Origin: Betaproteobacteria bacterium
GTDB taxonomy: Bacteria > Pseudomonadota > Gammaproteobacteria > Burkholderiales > Usitatibacteraceae
Direction of reading: 5' to 3'
Assembly: GCA_031376425.1 (NCBI GenBank)
Contig: JANMDR010000280.1
Span: forward strand, 1,926 to 65,925
Length of the DNA: 64,000 nucleotides
The notes below the pieces were generated by a model. It did no database searches. It worked only from the letters and a program-made list of their open reading frames with translations, and was not told the origin of the DNA. The translations under genes and the position numbers were made by a program. Positions 38,317 to 46,900 of the stretch are shown here, in pieces (the first letter of the stretch is position 1; every line of letters begins with the position of its first letter).

Positions 38317-39435
38317 ATGAATAAGAAATTAATCGCTGCCGCAGTTTTTGGTGCAATGTTCACCCCAGTTGCAATGGCGCAATCGGCAAACCCAGTTACT
38401 CTGTACGGTTTGTTAGATCTCACATTTGAAAGCGTAAAAGCCAAAGGCGGCGCAACACCAATCGGTAGCCGTACTCGCGTTACTAACCAAGCTTCTCGTT
38501 TGGGCGTACGTGGTTCTGAAGATTTGGGCGGCGGTATTAAAGCGTTTTTCCAAATTGAATCTCAAATTAATCCTGATGATGCTTGCGGTCAAGGCGGCAA
38601 CCCAGCTACTGGCACATTGCCAAACGGTGGTTGTAACTTCACAGGCAACGGCGGTAAGGGTTTCGCCAGCCGTAACAGCGCAGTTGGTTTCCAAGGCGAT
38701 TTCGGTAGCGTATTGATTGGTCGTTGGGATACACCATACAAGCTAGCTACAATCGGTCTTGACCCAACTGGTGACGTTACCATGGGTGCTTACACCACAG
38801 TAATGCATGATTCAGGTAACTTTGACCGTCGTGAAAACAACGCCGTTCAATATTGGTCACCAAACATCAACGGCTTCAATGCTCGTTTGCATTATTCCGC
38901 TTCTGAAGCTAAAACACAGTCAACCAACCCAACAACATTCTCGGGTAGCTTGACTTATACGGCTAAAAACTTCAGCGTAGCCTATGCTTATGAGCGTCAA
39001 AGCAATCAAGCTGGTTCAAATGCTGCTGCGAGCCAAGATGCAAATGGCAATGAGTTGGGTATTTCCTTCACGCAAGGCGCCTTCAAATTTGGCGTAATGC
39101 TTGAGAAAATCCGCAAAACGGCAACTGCTGACAAAAACGCATTCTTCGTTTCTGCAAGTATGACTCAAGGTATGTGGAACCCGTACGTGTCGTTTGGTCG
39201 CTTTAAAGACGGCGGTGCTGTAACCGCTACCTCTGATGGCCGTGGCGCCTCTGCACGTGCTTTCCTACTTGGTACAAACTACAAGTTATCTGCACGTACA
39301 AACTTGTATGGTCAAGTAGTACGCATTACCAACAATGACAAAGCCGCAGCTAACTTTGGCTTGAATGGTTTGGGTGGTGTTGCTGCTGATAATGATCCAT
39401 CAGGCTTTGGTGTTGGCGTTAAGCACACATTCTAA
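38317..39435 (+). CDS. outer-membrane general porin (Gram-negative OmpC-like, betaproteobacterial type)
   Basis: Start MNKKLIAAAVFGAMFTPVAMAQ after AGGAGA. Signal peptide, N-terminal VTLYGLLD motif and C-terminal ...GVGVKHTF with terminal Phe. Confidence 0.88.
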   Translation: MNKKLIAAAVFGAMFTPVAMAQSANPVTLYGLLDLTFESVKAKGGATPIGSRTRVTNQASRLGVRGSEDLGGGIKAFFQIESQINPDDACGQGGNPATGTLPNGGCNFTGNGGKGFASRNSAVGFQGDFGSVLIGRWDTPYKLATIGLDPTGDVTMGAYTTVMHDSGNFDRRENNAVQYWSPNINGFNARLHYSASEAKTQSTNPTTFSGSLTYTAKNFSVAYAYERQSNQAGSNAAASQDANGNELGISFTQGAFKFGVMLEKIRKTATADKNAFFVSASMTQGMWNPYVSFGRFKDGGAVTATSDGRGASARAFLLGTNYKLSARTNLYGQVVRITNNDKAAANFGLNGLGGVAADNDPSGFGVGVKHTF

Positions 39436-39485
39436 TTTAGGTGGCATCACATTGATGCAATCTTAATTTAGAGAAAATGCTGTAA

Positions 39486-39517
39486 AAATCGGGCTGCGTG
39501 CAAACGCAGCCCGATTT
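39486..39517 (+). terminator. rho-independent terminator after the porin gene
   Basis: 13-bp stem AAATCGGGCTGCG / CGCAGCCCGATTT with a 6-nt loop, followed by a T-rich tail. Confidence 0.8.
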
Positions 39518-39667
39518 GCATTTTGGTTTGGCAATCCATCAACATTAGCTAAAACGGGCGTAAAATTGTGGTTGTAGTCACGCATGGTCGCTAAATTAGT
39601 GCGAACGTGTGATGCTTTAAATTTTACGACAAATGCAGCGCCACCGCGTTTTTAAAAGGTTGGACCC

Positions 39668-40390
39668 ATGAATTTGATTGATACGGTAATTTGCGAAGTG
39701 GATACCGGATTGCGGGCGCTGTTCGCTAAAACCACAGCGTCGCGCCCTAATCCCGCATACACGGCATATCCTGCATATCTTGCAAGCGGGGCATCTATGC
39801 CCCCCCAACACCCAGCCACCGCGCTAGAACCCACGTCAACGCCATCTTCGGCAGGTGCGCTACCGACAACAGTATTGACCCCTGCAGAACAAGCCCTATC
39901 AATTCGCCTAATGCGGGTAAATCACTGCGGTGAAGTTTGTGCACAAGCACTCTATCAAGGCCAAGCCTTGGTTGCAAAAACGCCGCAAACCCGTGCGGTA
40001 CTGAATCATGCAGCTGTCGAAGAACGTGATCATCTTGCGTGGTGTGGCGAACGCATAGCGGAGTTGGGTGGTAGCACGTCGGTACTTAACCCAATTTGGT
40101 ACGCTGGATCATTTTCATTGGGGGTTGTCGCCGGCCTGTTGGGTGACAAACGTAGTATGGGATTCTTGGTGGAAACTGAGCGTCAGGTTGAAGCGCATTT
40201 AAACGATCATTTGCAACGCTTACCGGCAGCCGACATTGCTAGCCGCAAAATTTTAGAAACCATGCGTGAAGATGAGCATCGCCACGGCCAAACTGGTGTG
40301 AATCACGGCGCAACATTAGTGCCGCCACCAGTGACGGCAGTCATGCGCGGGGTATCAGCGGTGATGACGCGTAGCACTTATTGGGTTTGA
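39668..40390 (+). CDS. coq7: demethoxyubiquinone hydroxylase (di-iron carboxylate)
   Basis: 240 aa with repeated E-x-x-H iron motifs (EERDHL, EDEHRH). A Pro/Thr/Ala-rich insert lies near the N-terminus. Confidence 0.85.
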   Translation: MNLIDTVICEVDTGLRALFAKTTASRPNPAYTAYPAYLASGASMPPQHPATALEPTSTPSSAGALPTTVLTPAEQALSIRLMRVNHCGEVCAQALYQGQALVAKTPQTRAVLNHAAVEERDHLAWCGERIAELGGSTSVLNPIWYAGSFSLGVVAGLLGDKRSMGFLVETERQVEAHLNDHLQRLPAADIASRKILETMREDEHRHGQTGVNHGATLVPPPVTAVMRGVSAVMTRSTYWV

Positions 40391-40433
40391 AATTGGGCGC
40401 TTAATATTGCGCTTTGTAGCAATATAAATAATC

Positions 40434-40460
40434 GAAGATACCCTATTTTTAGGTATCTTC
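40434..40460. terminator. hairpin between convergent coq7 and osmC-like genes
   Basis: Stem GAAGATACC / GGTATCTTC with loop CTATTTTTA. Contains the recurrent CCTATTTT(T)AGG core. Confidence 0.6.
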
Positions 40461-40471
40461 AGGTATTGTAC

Positions 40472-40888
40472 TTAGGCCGCCAACAATTCAAAATCAAACG
40501 TTACCGCTGCTGTTTTTGCCATCATGGCAGTAGCAGAACAATATTTTTCGGCCGATAGTTTTACCGCCCGTTCAACGTGGGTGGCATTCAAATTATTGCC
40601 CGTAACCACGTAATGAAAATGGATTGTGGTAAATACTTTTGGATCGGTGGTGGCGCGCTCGGCATTTACCACCACTTCGCAGTCGGTAACGTCTTGCCGT
40701 GCTTTTTTGAGTATCAAGACAACATCAATTGCACTGCAACCGCCCGTGCCAATCAGCACCGTTTCCATGGGCCGTGCACCTAGGTTTTGCCCGCCAACTT
40801 CAGGGCTACCATCCATCATAATTTTATGGCCGCCTTCAGTTTGCCCTGAAAATGCCACGCCGCTTACCCAATTTATTTTTACTTGCAT
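40472..40888 (-). CDS. OsmC/Ohr-family peroxiredoxin-like protein
   Basis: 138 aa with two conserved Cys contexts (GTGGCSAID, AEKYCSA). Confidence 0.8.
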   Translation of the reverse strand: MQVKINWVSGVAFSGQTEGGHKIMMDGSPEVGGQNLGARPMETVLIGTGGCSAIDVVLILKKARQDVTDCEVVVNAERATTDPKVFTTIHFHYVVTGNNLNATHVERAVKLSAEKYCSATAMMAKTAAVTFDFELLAA

Positions 40889-40978
40889 TACTTACGCCTC
40901 AAAATTGCAAAAAAGTGAAGAAAACAAACCTGTGCGCTAGAAAGTCCACTCAAATTACGCCCGTCGCGAAGGAAACGT

Positions 40979-41007
40979 TTGACACCACACCACCATCGCT
41001 TTATAAT
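40979..41007 (+). promoter_or_regulatory. perfect sigma70 consensus promoter (TTGACA-17 nt-TATAAT)
   Basis: TTGACA at 40979-40984, a 17-nt spacer and TATAAT at 41002-41007. The only downstream + strand gene is rplM, about 265 nt away. Confidence 0.6.
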
Positions 41008-41271
41008 CTTGGGTTCCTTGGGTAGCGCCGCGTCTTGTTGTAATTTGGCGTGTGGGCAATAGCAATAAATTCCTAAAGACAGCAGTATATTGGAGCAATA
41101 GCAGGAACGCGATAGTGATAGCAAGTTTTAGTATCATTAGAACTTCGCAACATCGCCGCTTCCGCGTAATCATCATTGTTCAATGTGGTTTTCTCCCGCT
41201 GTTTTAGGCAATTCATCTGTGATCGAACCCGTCCCCCGTTTTTTAGCGACATTTTTTACTGAGCATTTAAC

Positions 41272-41700
41272 ATGAAAACATTTTCTGCCAAATCGCATGA
41301 GGTTGTGCATGATTGGTTCGTTGTAGACGCTACCGATAAGGTGCTTGGCCGAGTCGCTTCTGAAGTTGCTGCCCGCCTTCGCGGTAAGCATAAGCCAGAA
41401 TATACGCCTCACGTTGATACCGGCGATTTCATCATCATCACCAACGTAGAAAAATTGCGTGTTACCGGCGATAAAGCTGAACAAAAAATGTACTACCGTC
41501 ACTCTGGTTATCCAGGTGGTTTGTACGAAACCAATTTCAATAAGTTGCAAGCTAAGCACCCTGAGCGCGTACTTGAAAAAGCTGTTAAAGGTATGCTGCC
41601 AAAAGGCCCACTAGGCTATGCAATGATCAAGAAAATGAAAGTTTACGCGGGCGCATCCCATCCGCACTCCGCGCAACAACCCAAAGTGTTGGAAGTTTAA
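41272..41700 (+). CDS. rplM: 50S ribosomal protein L13
   Basis: 142 aa with the canonical L13 sequence (WFVVDA..K.LGR.AS). Confidence 0.97.
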   Translation: MKTFSAKSHEVVHDWFVVDATDKVLGRVASEVAARLRGKHKPEYTPHVDTGDFIIITNVEKLRVTGDKAEQKMYYRHSGYPGGLYETNFNKLQAKHPERVLEKAVKGMLPKGPLGYAMIKKMKVYAGASHPHSAQQPKVLEV

Positions 41701-41709
41701 GGATAAATC

Positions 41710-42102
41710 ATGGTCGGTAAATATTATTACGGTACAGGTCGTCGCAAGAGTTCTGTTGCGCGCGTTTTCGTTAAAGCAGGCACAGGCACCATCGTTGTAA
41801 ACGATAAGCCTTTGGATGTTTATTTCTCACGTGAAACTGGCCGTATGATCGTGCGTCAGCCGCTAGAATTAGTAGGCAGCGTTGATAAGTTTGACATCAT
41901 GGTAAACGTGCTTGGCGGTGGTGAATCTGGCCAAGCTGGCGCGATTCGTCATGGTATTACGCGTGCCTTGATCGATTACGATGCAAACTTGAAACCACAA
42001 CTTTCCAAAGCTGGTTTTGTTACCCGTGATGCGCGTGAAGTTGAGCGTAAAAAAGTGGGTTTACACAAAGCGCGTCGTCGCAAACAGTTCTCCAAGCGTT
42101 AA
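41710..42102 (+). CDS. rpsI: 30S ribosomal protein S9
   Basis: 130 aa with the canonical S9 C-terminus (KKVGL.KARR..QFSKR). Confidence 0.97.
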   Translation: MVGKYYYGTGRRKSSVARVFVKAGTGTIVVNDKPLDVYFSRETGRMIVRQPLELVGSVDKFDIMVNVLGGGESGQAGAIRHGITRALIDYDANLKPQLSKAGFVTRDAREVERKKVGLHKARRRKQFSKR

Positions 42103-42166
42103 TTGCTTTTTCGGTTGTTGGCACGATCGGACAACCATCAAATCGCAGATCAATGTGCAAATATTC

Positions 42167-42191
42167 AAAAAGCCGCCCTGTGCGGCTTTTT
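42167..42191 (+). terminator. rho-independent terminator after rpsI
   Basis: AAAAAGCCGC cctgt GCGGCTTTTT. Confidence 0.85.
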
Positions 42192-42284
42192 GTCCGTTTA
42201 GCTAAACGGGTGAAATCCTTTATTTGTCCGGTGTTACTGTTGATTATTGATCGGTAAATGCAGTAATTTTCTTGGAATAATCCT

Positions 42285-43049
42285 ATGTTGAGCAATCTAA
42301 AACTTCGCGGCTTGTGGCGACGCATTCGCAGCAACATCGGTATTCGCTCGTCCAAAATGGCGATTAAAACTCATCAACCTTGGTATGTGCGCATTGGCGG
42401 CTTTGGTCTGGCGATGGGTATCGCAGCCGCTGTTGCCTGGTATTTGGTAGACAATAGTTATCGTATTACTGGTTTTAGTAAAGATGAGGCCAAGGCGCAA
42501 ATTGCCGCCCTCACCGAACAAAATAGTGCTTTGCAGAAGACGGCGGACAGCTTAAAAAGCGCGTTGAACGATCGTGAAAGTCAGCTTAAGGTTGAAAAAT
42601 CAGCCCAAGCGGAGCTGGTGAAAAACAGCAGCCAAGTACAAGAAGAGAACGCCAGTTTGAAGGAAGATTTGGGCTTTTTGCGTAACATTATGAGTGCTGG
42701 AAAAGTGCCTGATGGTCTAAGCATCACCAATTTAAAGGTAGAGCCTGATGCACAAACAGCGGAAATTCGTTATCGTATGTTGCTTACGCAAGGCGGGCAA
42801 CGACGTGCAGATTTTAAAGGCCGCGTGCAATTAGTCGTACGCGCACTAAAAAATAGTGAAACGCTTAACTTAACCTTCCCTGAAGACACTAAAAATCCCA
42901 GTAATAATGGCGAAGTTGATTTTAAGTACTACCAGAAGGTTGAAGGACGGTTTAAACTACCTGAAGGCGCACAGTTAAAATCTGTGCAAGTACGCGTACT
43001 TGGTCAACAAGGCAATGAAGTACGTGCCACCAAAGCGATAACCTTTTAA
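42285..43049 (+). CDS. membrane-anchored coiled-coil protein (DUF6776-like), partner of bactofilin
   Basis: 254-aa ORF (alternative start 42357) with one TM helix (GGFGLAMGIAAAVAWYLV), then a coiled-coil and a beta-rich C-domain. Its stop lies 9 nt before bactofilin. Confidence 0.6.
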   Translation: MLSNLKLRGLWRRIRSNIGIRSSKMAIKTHQPWYVRIGGFGLAMGIAAAVAWYLVDNSYRITGFSKDEAKAQIAALTEQNSALQKTADSLKSALNDRESQLKVEKSAQAELVKNSSQVQEENASLKEDLGFLRNIMSAGKVPDGLSITNLKVEPDAQTAEIRYRMLLTQGGQRRADFKGRVQLVVRALKNSETLNLTFPEDTKNPSNNGEVDFKYYQKVEGRFKLPEGAQLKSVQVRVLGQQGNEVRATKAITF

Positions 43050-43058
43050 GAGGCACAC

Positions 43059-43463
43059 ATGTTTCCAAAATCAAATAAACCCAGCCCCATTGATAGCCTG
43101 ATTGGCGCGGGCACTACCATTAGCGGTGATGTGACATTTACCGGTGGTTTGCGCGTTGATGGTACTGTGAAGGGCAATATTCATGCATCCGGCGAAAAAC
43201 CTGGAACTTTGGTGTTATCTGAAACAGCTAAAGTTGAAGGTGAAATAGTCGTGGGTCACGTCGTTATAAATGGTGTAGTTGCTGGCCCCGTTAAAGCCAG
43301 CGAGTATATTGAGCTGCTACCAAAGGCGCGGGTGACAGGTGATGTTACCTACAAAGCGTTGGAAATCCATGTAGGCGCTATTGTGATGGGTCGGATGGTA
43401 TACGAATCTGGTTCCCGTAGCGAAAAGGTTTTGGAATTTAAGCCAGCCAATAGCGGTGCATAG
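43059..43463 (+). CDS. bactofilin (DUF583) cytoskeletal protein
   Basis: 134 aa with beta-helical repeat pattern G.V.G.I...G.L.V...A.V.G.I. Confidence 0.85.
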   Translation: MFPKSNKPSPIDSLIGAGTTISGDVTFTGGLRVDGTVKGNIHASGEKPGTLVLSETAKVEGEIVVGHVVINGVVAGPVKASEYIELLPKARVTGDVTYKALEIHVGAIVMGRMVYESGSRSEKVLEFKPANSGA

Positions 43464-43555
43464 TTATATAGCGGGAGGCAACACTTGAAGTGAGCCTGCT
43501 GTACCCAATTTAATGAGGATGGTAGCCACCATCTCTAACTGAACGAGGAATCATA

Positions 43556-43906
43556 ATGAACGATATGTCGATGATGCCAGAACCGCTTTTATTTTCTGAT
43601 AACGCTGCTGATAAAGTAGCCGCGCTGATTGTAGAAGAGGGTAATAACGATCTTAAACTGCGTGTGTTTGTAACTGGTGGCGGTTGCTCAGGCCTGCAAT
43701 ATGGGTTCACATTTGATGAAATTTCCAATGAAGACGACACCATTATGGAGAAAAAGGGCGTGAAATTGCTCATTGATCCAATGAGCTATCAATATTTGAT
43801 TGGTGCTGAAATTGACTACACCGAAGGATTAGAAGGTGCCCAGTTCGTAATTAAGAATCCAAATGCAACGTCTACCTGCGGTTGCGGTTCGTCATTCTCG
43901 GTATAG
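43556..43906 (+). CDS. erpA: iron-sulfur cluster insertion protein ErpA (A-type carrier)
   Basis: 116 aa with GGGCSG and C-terminal [11 protein letters not shown] motifs. Confidence 0.9.
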   Translation: MNDMSMMPEPLLFSDNAADKVAALIVEEGNNDLKLRVFVTGGGCSGLQYGFTFDEISNEDDTIMEKKGVKLLIDPMSYQYLIGAEIDYTEGLEGAQFVIKNPNATSTCGCGSSFSV

Positions 43907-43927
43907 TTTTTGCAGAAAGTGGTTGTG

Positions 43928-43950
43928 AACCCCGTAAATACGGGCTTTTA
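43928..43950 (+). terminator. first hairpin/T-tract after erpA
   Basis: CCCGTA aa TACGGG followed by CTTTTA. Confidence 0.5.
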
Positions 43951-43999
43951 TAATTTAAAACTGATTATTAAGTACCGCTGCCAGCCTTAAAGCTGTAAG

Positions 44000-44024
44000 A
44001 ACGCCTGTAAATAGGGCGTTTTTA
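44000..44024 (+). terminator. second hairpin/T-tract after erpA
   Basis: AACGCC tgtaaata GGGCGTT followed by TTTT. The loop is similar to that of the preceding hairpin. Confidence 0.55.
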
Positions 44025-44215
44025 ATTTTAAAAATGCTATCGCCGTCGTACTCGCTCTGTCCAAAATTAGCTTAAGATTTCATTAACTGACCAATAAGCC
44101 TAATAATATTTTTAATTTCCCCTTGAACTTTTCGAATTCGTTAGCACTCTATGTCTACGAGTGCTAAAATTATGTTCTCGACAAGCATTCTTTCTTTTTA
44201 GAAGGGGTCTATAAA

Positions 44216-45118
44216 ATGGCAACAGCAGCTTTTGCATCAGGTTTTACAACCGCTACCACGATGAATCTACCAGCCTTATCCGTTGGTAGCCTAGAGCACT
44301 ATATTTCTGCGGTAAACCGCATCCCTATGCTCACCTTAGAGCGCGAGCAAGCGCTCGGGCATGCCCTCAAAGACGAAGGCAATATTTCCGCCGCGTCCGA
44401 AATGGTGATGTCGCATCTGCGCCTAGTCGTTTCCATTGCCCGTAATTACACTGGCTATGGCCTACAGCACGCCGATTTAATCCAAGAAGGCAATATTGGC
44501 CTGATGAAAGCGGTAAAGCGCTTTGATCCTGAGCGCGGTGTGCGTTTGGTGTCGTTTGCTGTGCATTGGATTAAAGCCGAAATCCACGAATATATTTTGA
44601 AAAACTGGCGCATCGTTAAAGTTGCCACTACCAAAGCGCAGCGTAAATTATTTTTTAATTTACGCTCGATGAAGCCTAATTTTGGCGCACTTAGCCCAAA
44701 AGAAATTAAAGAAGTTGCCCGTCAGCTTAACGTTAAAGAAAGCGATGTTTCCGAAATGGAACAGCGTTTGTCGGGTCAAGAAGTGTCGCTTGAACCGGCC
44801 AATGATGATGACGAAAATTGGATCAGCCCGATTGCGTATTTGCAAGATGGTTCAATGGAGCCTGACCAAAGTTTGGAGCGCGTGGAATACGATGTGCTTG
44901 CTACCGATGGCTTAAAATCAGCCCTTGATAGCTTGGATGAGCGTAGCCGTCGGATTGTTGCTTCTCGTTGGTTGGTGCAAGAAGGTGAAGGCAATAGCAA
45001 AACCTTGCACGAGCTAGCCGATGAGTACGGCGTATCAGCGGAACGCATTCGCCAAATCGAAGCTAAAGCGATGCAAAAAATGAAAACACAACTGACTGAA
45101 CTCGCTGCTGTACGATAA
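44216..45118 (+). CDS. rpoH: RNA polymerase heat-shock sigma factor sigma-32
   Basis: 300 aa with the RpoH box QRKLFFNLR and regions 2 and 4 conserved. Confidence 0.95.
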   Translation: MATAAFASGFTTATTMNLPALSVGSLEHYISAVNRIPMLTLEREQALGHALKDEGNISAASEMVMSHLRLVVSIARNYTGYGLQHADLIQEGNIGLMKAVKRFDPERGVRLVSFAVHWIKAEIHEYILKNWRIVKVATTKAQRKLFFNLRSMKPNFGALSPKEIKEVARQLNVKESDVSEMEQRLSGQEVSLEPANDDDENWISPIAYLQDGSMEPDQSLERVEYDVLATDGLKSALDSLDERSRRIVASRWLVQEGEGNSKTLHELADEYGVSAERIRQIEAKAMQKMKTQLTELAAVR

Positions 45119-45154
45119 GTTTAGCGGGGGTATAAATACCCTGCAGTACCCCAA

Positions 45155-45180
45155 AAAATAGGCCGTTTTCGGCCTATTTT
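45155..45180 (+). terminator. rho-independent terminator after rpoH
   Basis: AAAATAGGCCG tttt CGGCCTATTTT. Confidence 0.85.
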
Positions 45181-45332
45181 GCATTGCGCTTCGATGTTGT
45201 AGAAATATCGTTTTGCAAGAATTCATCTTGAGAAAAATCAAAAGTGTATAGTGGAAATTGCTAACTGCGAAAGGTGGGTTGTACGCAGGTGGTTCGCAGC
45301 AAATCACTAAATCAATATTCAAGGGGAACAAC

Positions 45333-45839
45333 ATGGAAGGATGTTCAGGCTGGTGTTATTTCATTTTGGGGTTGTTGCTGGGCTGGCTTATCGAATGGGT
45401 TATTGACTATCTCTTCTGGCGCAAAAAGCGTACCCAAACTAGCGCTAGTGCGGCACCACTCGTTTCTACTAGCACTGCCACCCCTGGTGTTGCTGCATTA
45501 GCTGCCGCAGCAGCCGTTGCCACCGTTGCTGTCGCCTCGGAAGAGGATGACTTGCAGCGTATTGAAGGCATTGGCCCGAAAATTAGTGGCTTGCTAAAAG
45601 CTGACGGCATCAAGACCTTCGCTAAACTAGCAGTTACCCCAACATCTACCATTAGTGCGATTTTAGAAAAAGCCGGCCCGCGCTATAAACTAGCAAACCC
45701 TGAAACTTGGCCCGAGCAAGCCACATTAGCCGCTAAAGGCGAGTGGGCCAAACTAGAAAAGCTGCAAGATGAACTAGATGGTGGCGTGCGGGTGCCGGGT
45801 TATACGCCAAGCAATCCCCATAGTTCTGATAAAGCCTAA
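45333..45839 (+). CDS. membrane-anchored protein with Ala-rich linker and helix-hairpin-helix-like C-terminal domain
   Basis: Start MEGCSGWCYF at 45333 after AAGGGGA. One TM helix, an AAAAAVATVAVA linker and the motif LQRIEGIGPKISGLLKADGI. Confidence 0.55.
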   Translation: MEGCSGWCYFILGLLLGWLIEWVIDYLFWRKKRTQTSASAAPLVSTSTATPGVAALAAAAAVATVAVASEEDDLQRIEGIGPKISGLLKADGIKTFAKLAVTPTSTISAILEKAGPRYKLANPETWPEQATLAAKGEWAKLEKLQDELDGGVRVPGYTPSNPHSSDKA

Positions 45840-45851
45840 GACGAGGCGCAT

Positions 45852-46829
45852 ATGGAACTCATTCATGGTCGAACTCCCGATGAAGTCCGCGCCTATGATC
45901 GTTTTAAAACGATTGTAGCCGTCATTCTTGCCCTTTTTTTGCTGCTGTGCTGTTGGTTAGGTTGGGGCAAAGCTAATGTGGCGGCTGTGGTGGCTGCGGC
46001 ACCTGCCGCAACAATTGCCATGCCTGCCGCTGCACCGGCAATGGTGCAGCCAGCTACAGCTCCGGCGCTTGCTCCCATTGCAGCCGCTAAAATCGCTGAC
46101 ATGAGTTTTAGCGCCGTTGATGGCAAAATTACCCTGACAGGCAGCGTGCCGACTGCGCAAGTCAAAGCAGACCTGATTGCGGCGGCTCAAAAAGCCTACG
46201 GCGCTAACAATGTGGTTGACGCTATAACTATCGACGCCGCCTTGTCCCCGCCAAGCTATATGGCGAAGCTAGGGGATTTGTTCAGCGGGATAATGGAGGC
46301 AAAAAAGGGGGCAAAAGGGCCAAGCAATGGCATGTGGTTAACGACGGCTAACACGGTAACGCTCAGGGGCGAAGTAAAAGATACTGCTACCAAAACTGGC
46401 CGCGTTAATTGGGCAAGCACATTCTTTAAACCATTTGGTTTAGCTGTGGATGATAAATTGACTGTCGTTGCAGCTACAGCGACCGCAGCAACCGCTCCGG
46501 CGTTTGTACTCTCAAACGTGCAGTTTGCCACCGGCAGCGTCGCTCTCAACGGCTCGGCACGCAATGCACTTAACCAGCTTGCCGCAGCTCTAAAAGCGAA
46601 CGGCAAAGCAGTACAGTTAAGCGGCCACACTGATAACGCCGGATTACCCGCCAACAATCAAGCTCTAAGTGAGAAGCGTGCGGAAGTCTGTGCCGAATAC
46701 CTAATTGCCCAAGGTATCGCTAAAGCCAAAGTAACCTCACGCGGCTATGGAGATACCAAGCCAATAGGCGACAACACCAGCGCTGAAGGTCGCGCCAAAA
46801 ACCGACGTATGGAAGCAGATATAAAGTAA
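45852..46829 (+). CDS. membrane-anchored BON-domain / OmpA-family peptidoglycan-binding protein
   Basis: 325 aa with a TM anchor, a BON-like segment (DGKITLTGSVPT...NVVDAITI) and a C-terminal OmpA_C motif (GHTDN.G....N..LS.KRA...YL...G......GYG...P......GRA.NRR). Confidence 0.8.
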   Translation: MELIHGRTPDEVRAYDRFKTIVAVILALFLLLCCWLGWGKANVAAVVAAAPAATIAMPAAAPAMVQPATAPALAPIAAAKIADMSFSAVDGKITLTGSVPTAQVKADLIAAAQKAYGANNVVDAITIDAALSPPSYMAKLGDLFSGIMEAKKGAKGPSNGMWLTTANTVTLRGEVKDTATKTGRVNWASTFFKPFGLAVDDKLTVVAATATAATAPAFVLSNVQFATGSVALNGSARNALNQLAAALKANGKAVQLSGHTDNAGLPANNQALSEKRAEVCAEYLIAQGIAKAKVTSRGYGDTKPIGDNTSAEGRAKNRRMEADIK

Positions 46830-46859
46830 AAAGTATTAAGTTAGCGCGATATAGTGACT

Positions 46860-46892
46860 GGAGATGCCCTATTTAGGGCATCTCCCGTTTTT
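46860..46892. terminator. bidirectional terminator hairpin between convergent genes
   Basis: 11-bp stem GGAGATGCCCT attt AGGGCATCTCC followed by CGTTTTT. The inner sequence is related to the hairpin at 14016. Confidence 0.8.
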
Positions 46893-46900
46893 CCGTAAAA

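Noticed and set aside
41173-41559. 128-aa minus-strand ORF overlapping the rplM 5' half, plus the ORFs at 40888-41176
   Set aside because: The first is antisense to a universally conserved ribosomal protein gene. The others lie in the rplM leader and have no start signals. They are treated as non-coding.
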